64,000 nucleotides of DNA, taken from positions 34,658,001-34,722,000 of the forward strand of contig NC_045138.2 in assembly GCF_008831285.2 (NCBI RefSeq), in the 5' to 3' direction. Positions 29,501 to 43,300 of the stretch are shown piece after piece. The notes beneath the pieces are model-generated. The model did no database searches. It was not told the origin of the DNA and saw only the letters and a list, made by a program, of their open reading frames with translations. Origin of the DNA: Nymphaea colorata (lineage: Eukaryota). A program made the position numbers and the translations under genes. Position 1 is the stretch's first letter, and each line of letters begins with the position of its first letter.

Positions 29501-30024
29501 TTGATTAACGAAGAAATGACTGAATCCTGCCTAGGCCTCCCAATTGAGTCACAAGCTTGAGTGACCTCCTCCTCCTCTTGCATTCCGTCGTTGGAAAAGA
29601 TAATTCTCGCCCCAGAAACTCCCAGCAGAGACTCACCAGAAACCGCCGCATGATTCGGTCCCAATTGGACGCCATTGCCGTCGGAAGAGACGATCTTCCT
29701 TTCTGAAATGCGCCTCTTTCGCCTTGATTTCAAGACGAAGGCGAGCGCAGCAAAGACGGAGGACAGCAAGAAGGCAATCACAAGCGCACTGCCGGAAGAA
29801 CTCGAGGGCTGGTTGAAAATTCTTAGCGGGAAGGGGAAGGATACGGATGAGAAGTAGGTAGGCTGGAAAATGGTGGAGGCATACACGAGCCTCTTGTTTG
29901 TCCGGCAACGCACACGCAGAAGGGAACGCCGGGGGAGCGAAGGATTTGCCGCCAAAACTGCTACGGACTTAGGGCCGGAAGAGAGAGAGGAGAGTGGTGG
30001 AGAGGCGATGACCAGGCACGCCAT
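26530..30024 (-). CDS. Uncharacterised protein: plastid-transit-like N-terminus, TM helix, long acidic disordered region, hydrophobic C-terminus. Exons 30024-28561, 27150-27063, 26991-(26972 or 26913), 26619-~26530
   Basis: A 544-codon ORF ends at a phase-0 donor (DEQ|gttgac) that splices to EEISDEDALRRAMPAIAMGAGIFGMLTTG, then VHGGLEM(VGFVAATSFIAYDLLWASN). The start at MACLVIASPP (30024) is inferred; upstream in-frame starts exist. The last exons are ambiguous. Confidence 0.7.
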
Positions 30025-33000
30025 TGAATATCCAAAAATTGGAGAATTGGGAAAATGTCGGAAGAAATGATGCTCGGCCGTCGCGAGCAGAGATCCCATC
30101 GGCAGAATGGCGGTTTCGAAAGATGGAGGCAACATGGAAATTCCATTCTTGTCCCTCGTTGGCACCTAAAGGCGGTCCGAGTCGACCATCCGCGAAAGAG
30201 TCGGGTTAGAACCTCGGACCAAATAAAATGCAAAATGTATGGATTCAGTTGAAAAACAACCTAAACTACTACTCGTAATCAGGACGCAAATATGATGGGC
30301 AAAGAGAGTAGGTTATCAAACCTGAATCCAAATTCGAACATGTCATTTGGAGTAAAAGTATATTTAAATGAGATTAGATTACGTAAGACCGAATGCATAT
30401 CTAAATCACGCATATCCGAACACAAAGTTCATGGTTTGAACTTTGAAGAAGTTTTCTTTTTCATGTAGGCAAGGCCGGGACTGGCAAGCTGTTTGTTCAA
30501 TTAAAGAAGATAGCTAGCTGTGCCCGTAGTTAAGTTAAGTTAAGTTAAGAGAGAAAAAATTCCAATTGTTTCGCACTTGCAAGCCTGAAATTTTATGGCA
30601 ACAGTGCTTGAACTTTAATTGTCAGTGCGATCTGATGGTGATCTCTATACCCATTCCGACACGGCACTTGGGAATTTCCAACATACATGATGTTTGAGCT
30701 CTGAGGGACAGACAGACAGACATGGATCGCATCAATCCTGCAGCCTTGCCATTGAAACTTCTTGATATTGTCCGTTTGCCTTTTCACCATCAATATTGGG
30801 AACATTGCTGTCAAAACCAGAAGCCTGACTGACTGCTTAACGAAGAGACCAGCTTAAAATTCGTGACCTTTGGGTGATTTTGGAACCCCTCAAAAGGTTG
30901 TTCGATAAGAAACACATGTCCTTGAAAGCTTATGATCTAAGAGCAGCGTGTCGCTCTTCCATGAAATTCATATTGAACGATTAAACGTAATCACATAATA
31001 TTTCTTCAAACAAGAACAAAAATGGTATTTTTGTAACAGCATCTGTTCTAAGAACACGGTCTTCTTCTTATCAAACATCCGCTAATTGAGCGGCAGTTTT
31101 CTACAAGCTGCCCTTGAGCTCGGCCATGGTACTGTCCGGTGGCTCGATAAATACTTGTTTAGTGAACTAAGTCCTTTTTTTCTCTGTCAAAAGAGTGAAT
31201 GTATGACTAACAATCTAAAAGACAGTACGAAGGATGTACCAAACACGGACAAAGTAACTTTGTTCATGTTTGATACCCTTTCCCTTGATGCATGCCGCTT
31301 ACGAGCGTCGTGATCAGAATTAGTGGCTGCCCAAGCAGGGGACAAAAAAGGTTTTTTCTTTTATAAAATAGCGAAACTGACACGAACCATTTGTTTTATG
31401 GCAAGGTATATTTACGACATTGACTCGACTCTTCTGCCTTTTATATGTATAGGAAGACGACCGTTTTCTTGACGACAATAAGAAGAGTCAAACTCGAAAT
31501 GTCGAAGAATATATCTGCGTCGTGCCTTGGTGCTGGACAGCCGAGCGGGTCGACCTCATTGGTTCTCTAAAATTTTTGAAACAATTACTAAAAGCTTATT
31601 ATCAGTATGATGATCCAATCAACTCACTATGACTGCTTGCCCCATTCATTTTGTTTTCGTCTCTGTCTTCCTATCGACATGTTCAAGTATATACCCGGAG
31701 TATTCATTGCCCACCAGTTGCATTTAATCTTGTTTTAGCTCTGCAAAGTGATAAGCTTATATAAGAAAGTTGGTAAAAACCATACTACTTGGGTTGAAGA
31801 CAACAACCAATCCCATTAAAATTAATATTTCTTTTACAATCTAAGCTCTTAAATATGATTTTAAGAGTGATTTGGGGAGAAACATACATTATGCTAGTCG
31901 AGAAGACAACCTCTTAAATCTTGTTTTAGCTCTGCAACACCGCTAAAGAGCCTTTGGTGCGCAGGAGACATATCATGTGCCCCTTTAGCTTTCGAGGTAC
32001 TTATACATCAATCGCTCGTCCGTTAAGTTTCGAAGCTTTTTATAGATGTTTATCTAAAAATTGTAAAACGGTGGAGAGTTTAAGTTTGTTTGGCGCCTTG
32101 TTTGTATATGTATGTAAATGGGTTTTCTTCATGTAATATTCATGGTAAATCATGAATAAGTTTTGAAACATAACATATATATAACAGTATGGAATATTAT
32201 AATCACTAGAACTTAATTTAGGGTAAGTGACTGACACTTGTTAGGTATATATTGAAGCATTGTGTTTAATTTATTATAGCTTGCTTACGTTTGATCATCT
32301 GGCTAGTGAAAGAAAGCCATGGCCAGCTAATCCATGTGTGTTTGGTTACGAGGACCTGCGCCCATCAACATTAGTTTATCGTAGATGCATGTCGGATTGG
32401 TTAGGCCGTGGCTGGTGTGGTCACCCAACTTCCACGTCGGGAATCCTCCACCCTTTTGTCACCACCTGCCGTGTAGCCTTGTCCGATTCGAATTTTCCTT
32501 GTCGTTAGAGATCTCGATTTGCATCTTTAGATTTGAATAGTTTTTCTTCTTCCACCTGCTAGTAGTTGTTGTCATGGTAGATGCATGTTGTTAAGTTAGA
32601 GCCCACACTCCCTGTCCCTGCAATCAATCGTACGCCCTAATGCTCTAAGTTTCACGTCATCTACAAAAAAGTTTAATTTGCTGCCATCGTTACTTGACTT
32701 GGACTGGTAAGACAGAATGCGACTATTTTCTTTTTCAGGTCGGACTGCGGCAACTTCTCTGTGTTCCCATCACCAGTCTTAAGCCATCTTTCGCTTTCAG
32801 TACTGCCTTGGACTTGAAGGAGTTGGACTAGCTATCTCACCAAACAAAAGCAACCCTTGACTCGACTCCCTTTAACTTAAAGCTCTTACGTGAGCCCATT
32901 TTTCAGATCTCTTTAACTTGAAGGTATTATTACACTAGTCTTACACGTCCATTTTTTGATCACTAAAGTTGCTCTAATCATGCACCTTTTACAAAATGCT

Positions 33001-34242
33001 GCGAATATACCATTTTTCGAGTGCATTTCTTCTTGGATGTCCTTCATCTTGCCACCCTTAAAGTATGCATGCCCAACTCCAGCGTTTCGATATACAAATG
33101 CGCTTAACTGCCCAATAATTGGCTTGAGTAGTTGGAAAGGCAGGAATTCTTAAAGTTAGCTGCCACATCGTTCTCGAATCAGACAAGCTGAACTCAGACT
33201 TGCATTTATTATTCAGAATTTGAGGGCATAACTTCTACTTACATCGGTGAACTTAACCCACCAACACCCCATCCGACCTCTACCAGTACTCTTGTGCCAC
33301 AACCCCCCAACAATAGAAAATTGATGTACACTATTGATTTTCTGAGGAATGGGTATGATCTACACCTCATAAGCTTCAATCCTTTATGCTGGACTTTCAC
33401 ATTTTAGAAATTTCAACGTCGTCCAGATTCGTCTCACTAAGTCCAAAAATTAAATCCATCTCTGCCTGCCCCTTTCTTACTCTTAGCCCTTAATTTGGAC
33501 GCCAGAAGATATAACACTTAGCCCCCTCAAATCCTATTCTAGGTCTTCGCAAATTCTCATCCCTGCCTTCTTAGATCAAACAAGCAATTGAAACTACAGA
33601 ATAGTTTATCTCTGTTGCTATAGGAATCCACGGGAGACCAGACAACTTTGTTCATGTGACAGAGGCAACCACAAGGTCAAAATGGGTGTCCTTGTGACGC
33701 ACTGAAAATGTGTTCATATCGTACATTTAGTCGCTCCATGTGAAAGGCTAAGGCTATGCTTTACCTCCTTATGCGCAACATGAATCGAATATATGTACGT
33801 GACCCGTCTGTATACATGTATTTGGATTATGTACAGCGTTTCAGCCAAGTGCTGAAACAGGCGGACGTGCAGAAGAAGACAAGCAATATTATAAGCAACT
33901 GGTGTCCACCATTACACTAACTTTAAACAATGGCAAAAGCGAAAAGATGAATCTCCAAACGATTAAAAGGTTTAAAGTTAAGGAAGCAAAGCTTTCGCCC
34001 TGGCTAATCACAGAATAGTATTGATGGAGTTGGTGAACTATAAACAATAGAGAAAAATGCCACACTTGCAGGCACGCTTTCCCATAAAGCAAACCGTTGC
34101 CGAGATATAATTAAAAAAAGAACACGGTCTACTGTTAATATAACGGATAAGCGAACTGTTTGGTATTGCAACATAACGCCGATGGTAGGTTTTTATGAAA
34201 AGAAAAATCTCGAAATGGCACCTCTTCACATGATTGAAGACC

Positions 34243-34250
34243 TATAAATA
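34243..34250 (+). promoter_or_regulatory. Probable TATA box of the peroxidase gene
   Basis: TATAAATA about 100 nt upstream of the ATG at 34344. Confidence 0.55.
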
Positions 34251-34343
34251 GGTTGCTCCATTGGTTGAGTCCAATTCACACAGAACAGCCCGTCTGAACT
34301 GCAAGAGCCTTTCTGTAGGAGGCAGAGAGTGAGAGTGACAAAT

Positions 34344-35845
<1,502 letters not shown>

Positions 35846-36021
35846 AAACACCAGGATCATGTTCCAGACGTCAGTGCGAAGTCATCTGATTTTTTTTATT
35901 TAATTGAATTTTGTACCTTGTGAAATCACTTGAATTGTTTTGTTCTTTTCCTTTTTTGGGGTTTGTTTTGAAGTGTGTGAAATAACGTTCGGTCCGCGAA
36001 GTAAGTTCACTTCAACTAGAA

Positions 36022-36120
36022 TAAAATCTTTTCCATCTGATTGTCTGAAGTAGTACTTTTTGCAATTTCTTAAAATCTTCTCCATCTGATTGTCTGAAGT
36101 AGTACTTTTTGCAATTTCTT
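36022..36120. repeat. Tandem duplication of a ~49-bp unit downstream of the peroxidase
   Basis: taaaatctt(t/c)tccatctgattgtctgaagtagtactttttgcaatttct occurs twice, head to tail. Confidence 0.9.
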
Positions 36121-36730
36121 ATCATGCGTAAGCCAATTATGAAACAGTTGCAAGTTGGCAGTTCCAAACGATGTTTTATTTCGTGGAGTATTTTTAATAT
36201 GCTATCGCCTGAGTTAATCATAATTAAGTCTGGTCTCTTTTTGCCCTCCCGTGTTACTTTGGGGAGAACAAAGTTTGAAACTTTTTGCATTAAAATTTAA
36301 TTTCACTCAAGATGCAGAACTCCCCATGTATCAACCCAAGCATGATTTATTGTTAAACAGATCGAATTTGAGCTGTCAAATCTTACTAACTCGACCATGA
36401 TTTCATATTTTCTTCATACATCCGACAACTGTGATACAATTGGCTAGAAATGCTTGCTAATCGTCTGATAAATCTTGTACTCGTATTTTTGAAGGATGAA
36501 CAAATTTGGGCGATGATGAAGAATCTGCCAAGGCCAGTGCCACTTGGTCCCACTCATGCAGCGCAAAACACGCGTCGGTCAAGTTTCGACAATGTATACC
36601 ATGGGAAAGATCTCCTACATTCATCTTTCTAAAAGCACAGTAGACTTGAGGGACACCGTGTGTATGCTTTCATGTGCTTAATTATTTACAAGTAGAAGAA
36701 AGCATAGATGGACATATATATATATATATA

Positions 36731-38105
36731 TCAACAAAACCTACACAAAAAAAACACGAAATTATGAGACAAACTATATCTAATCAAACGCAACCTCCAT
36801 CAACTCACAAAAGAACGAAATTATGGGACAAACTATATCTAATCAAATGCAACCTCCATCAACTCACAAAAGAAAGGACAACAAAAATTCCTAAATCAAA
36901 AACCTAAACACAGATACCCCCTCCCTTCCCAAAAAAAAAGAAAACAAGAAAAATGAAAGAAAAAAGAGAAGAATAGGGTCGGGAGAGGACGAACAAAAAG
37001 GAGACGCAATTGGGACAAAGACAGGAAGAAGAGGAAGAAGAAGAGGCAGAAAGGAAGACAGATCCGGCAGTAACTATCAATCCGGAGATACACCCCATCG
37101 GGAAAGGGAGATCCCCCACAGTCCAGCCACAAACATAGAAAGCGAGGTACCCGAGAAGAAGATCGCCGCCGAAGGCCGCCGGAGATGGAGAGATCGCCAC
37201 CGAACCTAGGGCACCGGGAGGGAAGAGAGAGAGAGACAGAGAGAGAGGAAGCCGGAAAACCCGTTTAGGCCGGGGAATGATAATCAATCTCCAACAGGCC
37301 ATCAAACCCCCGGGTTTAGAAGACTCCATCCTTTGCTCGGGTGTGTAAACCGCACAAGAGTCAGGGGTTTACCGTCACTCAAACAACTACCGTACTTCCA
37401 TCTTTAGGTGGGTGTTTGTAATAAGCCTATAAGGCGAGGAGTTTTTGCAAGTTTTCTAAATGGGTGGCAAAGAGTAGGGTGAACACATTCGGCTACAGAT
37501 GGAAGTATGGTAGTTGTTTGAGTGACGGTAAAACCCCGACTCTTGTGCGTTTTGCACACCTGAGCAAGGGATGGAGTCTTCTAAACCCGGGGGTTTGATG
37601 GTCTTTTTGGAGATTCATTATCATTCCCCGGCCTAAACGAGTTTACCGGCTTCCTCTCTCTGTCTCTCTCCCTCTCTTCCCTCCCGGTGCCCTAGGTTCG
37701 GTGGTGATTTCTCCATCTCCGGCGGCCTTCGACGGCGATCTTCTTCTCGAGTATCTCGCTTTCTCTATTTGTGGCTGGACTGTGGGGGATCCCCCTTTAC
37801 GGATGGGGTGTATCTCTGGATCGATAGTTACTGCCAGGTCTGTCTTCCTTTCTGCCGCTTCTTCTTGTCCATGTCCCAATTGTGTCTCTTTTTTGTTTGT
37901 CTTCTCGTGCTCTCGACCCTATTCTTCTCTTTTTTCTTTCATTTTTCTTGTTTTCTCTTTTCGGGGGAAGGGAGTGGGTATTTGTGTTTAGGTTTTCTAT
38001 TTAGGAATTCTTGTTGTCCTTTATTTTGTGAGTTGATGGAGGTTGTGTTTGATTAGATATAGTTTGTCCCATAATTTCATGCTCTTTTTGTGTAGGTTTT
38101 GTTGG
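36731..38105. repeat. Long inverted repeat (foldback) copy 1: arms ~36731-37403 and 37497-~38105, ~93-bp spacer
   Basis: For example ggggttttaccgtcactcaaacaactaccgtacttccatct pairs with agatggaagtatggtagttgtttgagtgacggtaaaacccc. Complementarity continues outward to caacaaaacctacacaaaaa / tttttgtgtaggttttgttg. Confidence 0.95.
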
Positions 38106-38560
38106 GATTGTGGTGCTATTTTGTGGTTTTTGCTCTTTGTTCTGTCTGTGTTATGTCTTATTTGATCTTGGTGCAATTTTTGTAGCATTGCGGATTTGGA
38201 ACTTTTATAGTTTTAGTATGTTTATGCATGGGCAGGTTTTTTGTAAGTTGGGAGCCTGAAAAGTGTTGATTGATAATGTCTTACGCATACTTATTCAAGT
38301 ACATAATCACTGGGGATACAAGTCAGTGTTCTTCTCTATCGTTGTTACATTGAGCAATGAGTATCATATGTTCTGTCTTACTTTTCTGCCTTCAAATCAA
38401 TAATTAAGATGGATGGATTTACAATCTTCTTTGGAATCTTACTTTTTATTATCGTAGGCTTTCCTCGCAGCTGAAGTTTCATAGCAGTTTGTCACAATCA
38501 TCCATTGAACAATCCACATGTGCTGCAATGTGCATAGGAGTGGTCTTTACGAAAATTTTA

Positions 38561-39684
38561 TGTACAACCTTAACTCTCTATCATTCCCAATCATCCACTC
38601 TCCATGCCCAAGGCCTCATTATTTCCTCCTCGTAATTCACCTTCCCCTTCTCTTCGTTAACCTCACCCTCCATTAACTATCTCTTTCTCGTGAACATACC
38701 CTCTCATTACTCTCTTCCTCGTAACTTCCCTTCTCTCATCCTTGCTCTTGCCTCGTGACTCATAGAGGCTTAATCATTCTCCTACCTCGTGAACCTCTAA
38801 CCCTAATCATATCCTCGCAAGCCCAATCCTCATCATGCTCCCTTCCAGTCCCTAGGCTAGCCTTAACTCCTCCACTTGTTCGAGCCTTCATCAATCCTCA
38901 CCAAGTCCCTAGCTAGGCCATTACTTCCCCTCACTTTTCCGAGCCTAACCGTAACGTCCCACTTAACCCACACCCCCACCCCCCACCCCCCTTTAATGAG
39001 AACCCATATTAACCCCTTCCCCTTAGTCCCAAGGTCCCTAGAGAATGCGACCTAGTTAGTGCTTTTTCCGAGTCCCAACTAGCCTTAAACCCTCTCTTAA
39101 CTCCCTCGTTGACCACGTCCCATAATCCTCACTCACATTCACGAGTTTAGGTTAGACCCAACTCAGTTGTAGTTGACCAAGCCCAGTCAACTCTAGACTA
39201 CCCAAGCGAGTCCTAACCCACATCCTACCTCGGGTTAGCCCAGACCACCTCTTACTCCTCTAAGCTCTCTCACTTATTGAGCTTAGCCTTCCTTACCTCA
39301 GAGTCTTGTAGTTATGTCCTTTCGAGGTTGATAGTCTCTTCACCCTTCCAACCGACGCTCTCCTAGCAATCGTCGGCATCACCTACTCGTTGGCCAGGCG
39401 GGCCAACCTCAATATCATCCATCCTCAGCCAGCAGGGCCGAGCCCTTCAGCAGCATCTCTCGTCCTCGGAAGGCGGCCGAGCCACTTCCACCAACACCGT
39501 CCTTCAGCCAGTCGGTCCAAGCCACCTCCATCCCTCCGCCCAACTTGCTGATAGCCATCGGCTGTAGGTCGAGTCATTGCTTCCGCAGGTCTAGTTTTAG
39601 GGTCTAGCCGAGGTTGTATGTCCGGCTAGGTCTTGTAATCGGTTTGCTTTTGCTTAGGAGTTATTGGGAGATACACCTCATCGA
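38561..39684. mobile_element. Unrelated pyrimidine-rich insert between the two foldback units, possibly an LTR fragment
   Basis: Begins TGTACAACC exactly where copy 1 diverges from copy 2. Strong C/T strand skew and no ORF. No matching second LTR or TSD seen. Confidence 0.35.
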
Positions 39685-40560
39685 AATTGGGACAAAGACA
39701 AGAAGAAGAGGAAGAAGAAGCGGCAGAAAGGAAGGCAGATCCGACAGTAACTATCAATCTGGAGATACACCCCATCAGAAAAGGGAGATCCCCCACAGTC
39801 CAGCAACAAACAGAGAAAGCGAGATACCCGAGAAGAAGATCGCCGCCGAAGGCCGTCGGAGATGGAGAGATCGCCACCGAACCTAGGGCACCGGGAGGGA
39901 AGAGAGAGAGAGATAGAGAGAGAGGAAGTCGGTAAACCCGTTTAGGCCGGGGAATGATAATCAATCTCCAAAAAAACCATCAAACCCCCGGGTTTAGAAG
40001 ACTTCATCCCTTGCTCGGGTGTATAAAATGCACAAGAGTCGGGGTTTTACCGTCACTCAAACAACTACCGTACTTCCTTCTTTAGGTGGGTGTTTGTAAT
40101 AAGCCTATAAGGCAAGGAGTTTTTGCAAGTTTTCTAGAAGGGCGGCAAAGAGTAGGGTGAATGCATTTGGCTACAGATGGAAATATAGTAGTTGTTTGAG
40201 TGACGGTAAAACCCCGACTCTGCGTTTTACACACCCGAGAAAGGGATGGAGTCTTCTAAACCCGGGGGTTTGATGGTCTTTTTGGAGATTGATTATCATT
40301 TCTCGACCTTAATGGGTTAACCAGCTTCCTCTCTCTCTCTCTCTCTTCCCTCCCGGTGCCCTAGGTTCGGTGGCGATCTCTTCATCTTCGGCGGCCTTCG
40401 GCGGCGATCTTCTTCTCGGTTATCTCGCTTTCTCTGTTTGTGGCTGGACTGTGGGGGATCTCCCTTTTTCGATGGGTGTATCTCCGCATTGATAGTTACT
40501 GTCGGATCTGTCTTCCTTTCTGCCGCTTCTTCTTCATCTTCTTCTTGTTTTTGTCCCAAT
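39685..40560. repeat. Long inverted repeat (foldback) copy 2: arms 39685-~40080 and 40175-~40560, same spacer as copy 1
   Basis: Same arm and spacer sequence as copy 1; 39685-41250 is a diverged direct repeat of 37008-38563. Confidence 0.95.
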
Positions 40561-41985
40561 TACGTCTCCTTTTTGTTTGTCCTCTCGCGCTCCCGACCCT
40601 ATTCTTCTCTTTTTTCTTTCATTTTTCTTGTTTTCTCTTTTTGGGGGAAGGGAGGGGGTATTTGTATTTAGGTTTTCGATTTAGGAATTCATGTGGTCTT
40701 TTCTTTTGTGAGTTGATGGAGGTTGCGTTTTATTAGATATAGTTTGTCCCATAATGTCGCGCTCTTTTTGTGTAGGTTTTGTTGGGATCGTGCTGCTATT
40801 TTGTAGTTTTTGTTCTTTGTTCTATATGTGTTATTTCTTATTTGATCTTGGTGCAATTTTTGTTGCATTGCGGATTTGGAATTTTTATAGTTTTAGTATG
40901 TTTATGCACGGGCAGGTCTTTTGTAAGTTGGGAGCTTGAAATGTGTTGATTGATAATGTTTTACGCATACTTATTCTAGTACATAATCATTGGGGATATA
41001 GGTCAGTGTTCTTCTTTGTCGTTGTTACATTGAGCAATGAGTATCATGTGTCCTGTCTTACTTTTCTACCTTCAAATCAATAATTAAGATGGATGAATTT
41101 ACAATCTTCTTTGGAATCTTACGTTTTATTATCGTAGGCTTCTCTCGCATCTGAAGTTTCATAGTAGTTTGTCACTCTTTTTCATCCATTGAACAATCTG
41201 CATGTGCTGCAATGTGTAGTCTAAGAGTGGTCTTTACGGAAATTTTATGTCTTCTATAACCTATACTTTAAGTTTTCCCAAATGCTTAGTTGTGTTATTT
41301 TGCATTTTTCATGTTATCTAATAGTTTTTTTTATTATGGATAACGTACTTTTCCGGCTTAGCTTATGTTGGGGAATCATACTTTTTATTTTGGAAAATGG
41401 TTGCTTTTGTTGCTGTAACACATCCTACACTGAGTATGAGGTTTAAAGGGCAGCCTTCTTTTGTTTTTTGGGAAAGTGCGTCTTATCTTTTCTGGAAATC
41501 AGGATAGGTTTTATATGTACAAACAATGGATGCCATTATTTGACATTCTTCACATGAAAATCATTCAAAAACAAGTAGGAACATCATTAACGGCCAATCA
41601 ATTTGGTCTAAGCACGGCAGACCGGTGGGTCGGTGGCCTGGGTCAGGTCCGCCATGCTCATTCCTCCTTCCTTAGTTTTTTGTGTGGTGGGGAAGGACAC
41701 GTTCTGTTATTTATGAAAGGCCTAGTAAGACGGTGGATCGCCGGCAAGGAGTTTTCCCTTCACAATTCACGTGGTGATTATTTTATTTTATAAATCACTG
41801 GGTTGGTGTAAAGTTTGAAAACCACTAACACATTATAGTTTTCTCGTTTAAGCTCGTATTTTAGTTCTTATATTGTGATTAATCATGTTCCATGAATCTA
41901 AGATTAAGACGGATCGTGAACCCCAATTGAGTCAGACCCGTGTACGTCTCTCTCTTTTTTTGTGTGAACCGTAGCGATATTACTT

Positions 41986-43300
41986 GTCACGACCCAATTT
42001 TTGACACCAAAAATTTTCTTTCATTTCTATAATAGCGGAAGCAATATTGAGTCATGACCAGAACATACGACATTGTTTTATTTCAATAATAAAATACTTG
42101 GACCCAAACAAAATAACCACAAATCCCCAAAACCGACGCAGTGCCCAGAATGCCAATGCCCGTCCATCACAAGACTGAGGTCGTCGCTCCAAAGCCAAAA
42201 TCTATCAATGGCTACCTGTAGATAGAAAGAATGGTCAGAATTCCTCTGAGTATGAGAAAATCCAGACATGAATGAAACATTGCCCAAAATAATATTTAGT
42301 TTCGTAAAACGAATCCAAAAAGGCCTTATGAACTACAGCCATAAGTTTTCCAAAACTTTATACACACAAAAGTTACGACCCATTATCAGAACAAAACGAG
42401 GTGTGCACAACCTCCCAAACATTTCGTAGGCTTCCAACCGTGGTTCTCTGACGATGTCATGGTCATCGTGCCGAGCAACAGAAATCCCCATGGGCACTCA
42501 CGGGCAGAACAGAACATATCTTCACCAGGCGATCCAACGGATCGAGGGCACCTGAAGTGAAGCCTCCTGAGATATCCCAGATCGCCGCTGCAGCAACATG
42601 GCCCCTCTAGGAACCCGGTTTGAGGGACCAGGAGATGTCTCTCTCCCAACACAGCAGCAGTACCCCGGGCCCTTGTGCCGCCCAATACCCTGTGGGCCCT
42701 CCAGTACAGCCAGAGGAGTGTGACCACTACCTCCCGGGACAAAACCAAACACTGGACAAAACAGAAAGCTCGCACTCGCATAAACCATCGCACAAAGTCC
42801 ACGTTTCGCCTTCGAATTTCAAAAGTGAGGGTTTTCAATACTAGACATCGTCTAGTACCTCTCACAGAAACCGCCCTCAGGCTCGGTTTCTCAGACAGAA
42901 ACAACAAGACATTTCTAATTCAATTTAATGACAACGAAGCAAAGTCGAGTAGTAATGCCATAAAGCAAAACACATCACGTTTAAAATTAACACAATAATC
43001 ACTATTTCAAAACAAGATAGTTCAATAGCCTTCTCCTGAAATTTAAATAACCCAAAAGGTACCACAGAGCAATAAAATATAACATTACGTTTTTCCTTCG
43101 AAATTACAAACAAATATAAGAAAACCCCCTTTTTGACAATTTAAGAAACTGAGAGGGTACCAAAACGTGATTTCACATTAAACACCCGGTTTTTACTGAA
43201 AATTTCTCTCACAAACCTCTTTTTGAAGAGGTTTTCAGCAAAAACGTTGTGGCATTGTCTTCTAAAATTTATAACAGCTTATTCGTAAATTATGCTAATT
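41986..43300 (-). mobile_element. Probable Ty3/gypsy (Del/Tekay-like) LTR fragment
   Basis: The terminus TGTCACGACCC (reverse GGGTCGTGACA) is typical of such LTR ends. Non-coding; the other end is not defined. Confidence 0.5.

Noticed and set aside
36896..40939. Several similar ORFs on both strands (MWLDCGGSPF..., PGALGSVAISPSP...) that look like a gene family
   Set aside because: They are by-products of the repeated low-complexity foldback arms; frames and stops are not conserved between copies.
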